Positions 62,099 through 64,000 of a DNA stretch of 64,000 nucleotides are shown here, in pieces. The notes under the pieces were generated by a model. The model ran no database searches, was not told the origin of the DNA, and was given only the letters and a program-made list of their open reading frames with translations. A program made the position numbers and the translations under genes. Positions within the stretch are counted from its first letter, which is position 1, and every line of letters begins with the position of its first letter. Source of the DNA: Pseudomonadota bacterium (GTDB lineage Bacteria > Pseudomonadota > Gammaproteobacteria > Enterobacterales > JBCCZV01). The stretch spans positions 13,442 to 77,441 of the forward strand of contig JBCCZV010000001.1 of assembly GCA_039187085.1 (NCBI GenBank). Reading direction: 5' to 3'.

Positions 62099-62271
62099 CT
62101 GATTTCTCTTAGTTTAAAATTGTTGAGAAGTGGCGAGTATGTAGGATAAGTTAAGATTGCTGAGTGTTTAAATATTGAGCAAATTTAACTCATATGAGTT
62201 GATAAAAACTCGCGATTCAACAAAAAATGCCATTATCAGCGAGTTTTGACAAGTCTAGATGGGGTGAAGCT

Positions 62272-62733
62272 TTAAGATTTTTTGTTTTTTAGTGCTACAA
62301 TCACCCAAATTGGGCCGATTAATAGAAACTGTACATCTTTAAAAAAAGCAGGCTTTTTACCTTCATAATGATGCCCAATAAACTGTCCTATCCAAGCCAC
62401 CACGAAAATACTGATTGCAGAAACAATTAATGCTTGGTTTCCCCAACTTTGCTGGATCATCACGAATGTTGCACAGCACAGAGATGAAATGGCTAGCATG
62501 ATTAGTCCCAATGGGATCGATAATAGCGTGTAAAATGCCAATGCAGGGACCATGAAAAGCGTACACCAATTGACATAAGGGTAAAATTGTAAAGCTGATG
62601 GAAAAGGTAGCCACCACAATATGGCAAGAACACTCCAAAAAATAGCCGGTACACAGACATAATGGAATATTTTATTAGTTTTGTTTTGGTGACAAACGGC
62701 GTACTCATCACACCACTGCTGTAAGTTTTTCAT
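62272..62733 (-). CDS. DUF962 (Mpo1-like) membrane protein
   Basis: 153 aa. YAVCHQNKTNKIFHYVCVPAIFWSV...GQFIGHHYEGKKPAFF pattern. Confidence 0.75.
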   Translation of the reverse strand: MKNLQQWCDEYAVCHQNKTNKIFHYVCVPAIFWSVLAILWWLPFPSALQFYPYVNWCTLFMVPALAFYTLLSIPLGLIMLAISSLCCATFVMIQQSWGNQALIVSAISIFVVAWIGQFIGHHYEGKKPAFFKDVQFLLIGPIWVIVALKNKKS

Positions 62734-62868
62734 TCTTCGCTCTCTTCAAATCGCTGTAACGCTCTAAAGTCTAACGCAGGCTTTGTTAACTTCATTGTCA
62801 ACTTCTAGACAATCTGTTTAAGTTTTGTCATTCTCTTGCTTCATTTTTCGTGGATTAAGAGGTTTAAC

Positions 62869-63252
62869 ATGTATCTGGCCATCAAATACTTGCATATTTA
62901 TAGTGTATTTATTTCAGGGATCTTTTTTGTTGTAAGAGGTTATTGGATGATTCGCTCGCCAGAGCGCTTGGAGCGAAAATGGGTCAAGGTTGTACCGCAC
63001 ATTGTTGACAGCGTACTCTTAGCATCAGCAATAACACTGATGATTTTAATACAAGCTTACCCTCTACAAAGTCCGTGGATAATGGCAAAAATCGTTGCAC
63101 TAATTCTGTATATTGTGACGGGCACGATAGCATTAAAACGCGGAAAAACGCTTGAACAAAGAAAAACTTTCTTCTTTATTTCGATAGGGTTATTTATTTA
63201 TATCTTGGGAGTCGCTAAAACTCATCACCCATTATGGGGAATCGGCGTGTAA
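62869..63252 (+). CDS. SirB2-family inner-membrane protein
   Basis: 127 aa from the ATG at 62869, with an AAGAGG SD. MYLAIKYLHIYSVFISGIFFVVRG and four TM helices match the SirB2/YchQ pattern. Confidence 0.7.
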   Translation: MYLAIKYLHIYSVFISGIFFVVRGYWMIRSPERLERKWVKVVPHIVDSVLLASAITLMILIQAYPLQSPWIMAKIVALILYIVTGTIALKRGKTLEQRKTFFFISIGLFIYILGVAKTHHPLWGIGV

Positions 63253-63269
63253 ACCTTGTAAAAAGGTTT

Positions 63270-63587
63270 TTACACAGAAACCAACTTTACAGGGGCTTTT
63301 TCGAAGGCAGTGTTATTGACGATGGCATCTAAACCTCCAGGTTTCATCAACTCAAGCATCAAATCCAGCATGATATCACGCGTCGACTGAGCACCGTGCG
63401 ATGGCTCCAAATAGGTTTTAATATCTAGCATCCACTTTGGATATGAAAACTTGATTCGACCCTCTTGCTCGACAAAATCGAGGGGTGCTGAGAATAATTC
63501 GTTTGGATTGTCAGAGCCGGACATAGCTTCTTTGACCATTAGACCGATATGCCAACGTTCAACCTGACTAAGTTTTGATAAATCCAT
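63270..63587 (-). CDS. Hypothetical protein
   Basis: 105-aa intact ORF, soluble. No family recognised. Confidence 0.45.
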   Translation of the reverse strand: MDLSKLSQVERWHIGLMVKEAMSGSDNPNELFSAPLDFVEQEGRIKFSYPKWMLDIKTYLEPSHGAQSTRDIMLDLMLELMKPGGLDAIVNNTAFEKAPVKLVSV

Positions 63588-63921
63588 GCGATACCCTTTT
63601 TATTATAGAGAAATCTTCTCTTTTTTCTTAATCTGGATTCTAGTTCAACACTTCAACAAGTCAAACCCAGAAAGATAATAACCCAGTATTTCAGGTGTTT
63701 TTTCCATAAATTGTGACAAAGCAATCAAAAAAACAAGCTGAATCTTAAGCAATGAAAAATTAGGAACTCATAATATAAGAAATAAGTATTATCAAACAAT
63801 AACGCTCGTCATATTTTTTTCTACTATTGCTGTTTTGACAGCTCAAAAGGATATAATAGGCATTTAATTGTATATAAACGGTCAATCTACAGATACTAGC
63901 CAAATGGCTTAAGGTGTATCA

Positions 63922-64000
63922 ATGAACAATGTTGTCGTCATCGCACTCTATAAATTTACAAAATTAGCTCAATATGAAGAACTGCGTGAGCCCTTGATTG
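63922..64000 (+). CDS. trhO: Rhodanese-related UPF0176 protein (TrhO/YceA-like), 5' part only
   Basis: MNNVVVIALYKFTKLAQYEELREPLI matches the characteristic N-terminus of the YceA/TrhO family. Truncated by the window edge. Confidence 0.65.
   Translation, partial: MNNVVVIALYKFTKLAQYEELREPLI

Noticed and set aside
62202-62243. Inverted repeat AAAACTCGC...GCGAGTTTT between the DUF962 and DUF819 genes, as a possible terminator
   Set aside because: The G/C core of the stem is only 5 bp and the loop is 24 nt. The rest of the pairing is A/T-tract. This is too weak to call.

Overview
AT-rich gammaproteobacterial chromosome segment made up mostly of conserved housekeeping blocks, most of them on the minus strand. 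The blocks are: lon / adk-htpG / recR-ybaB-dnaX-ffs; a type IV pilus minor-pilin operon (fimT/U-like, pilV, pilW, pilX) with a divergent pilE; metX-metB behind a SAM-I riboswitch; nrdAB with NrdR-box-like sites; der-bamB-yfgM-hisS-ispG-rodZ-pilF-rlmN-ndk; and cpoB-pal-tolBARQ-ybgC-ruvBAC-yebC-aspS. Small accessory or lineage-specific pieces sit between these blocks. They include an orphan HicB-like gene, a secreted DUF4124-ankyrin protein and a 7TMR-DISM histidine kinase with an OmpR-type regulator. There are three c-di-GMP proteins: degenerate-GGDEF/EAL, PleD-like REC-REC-GGDEF, and a degenerate YS-GYP HD-GYP. The remainder are gcvA, an overlapping retropepsin-like protease/DUF488 pair, several unknown lipoproteins, and a leaderless 204-aa ORF with papain-like Cys/His motifs between nrdAB and der. 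I found no CRISPR array, transposase, integrase, tRNA or rRNA. I could not identify a convincing multi-gene novel system. The best leads are single genes or small pairs, supported only by motif-level reading, and need profile or structure searches. All protein calls rest on my recognition of motifs in the supplied translations. No database search was run.
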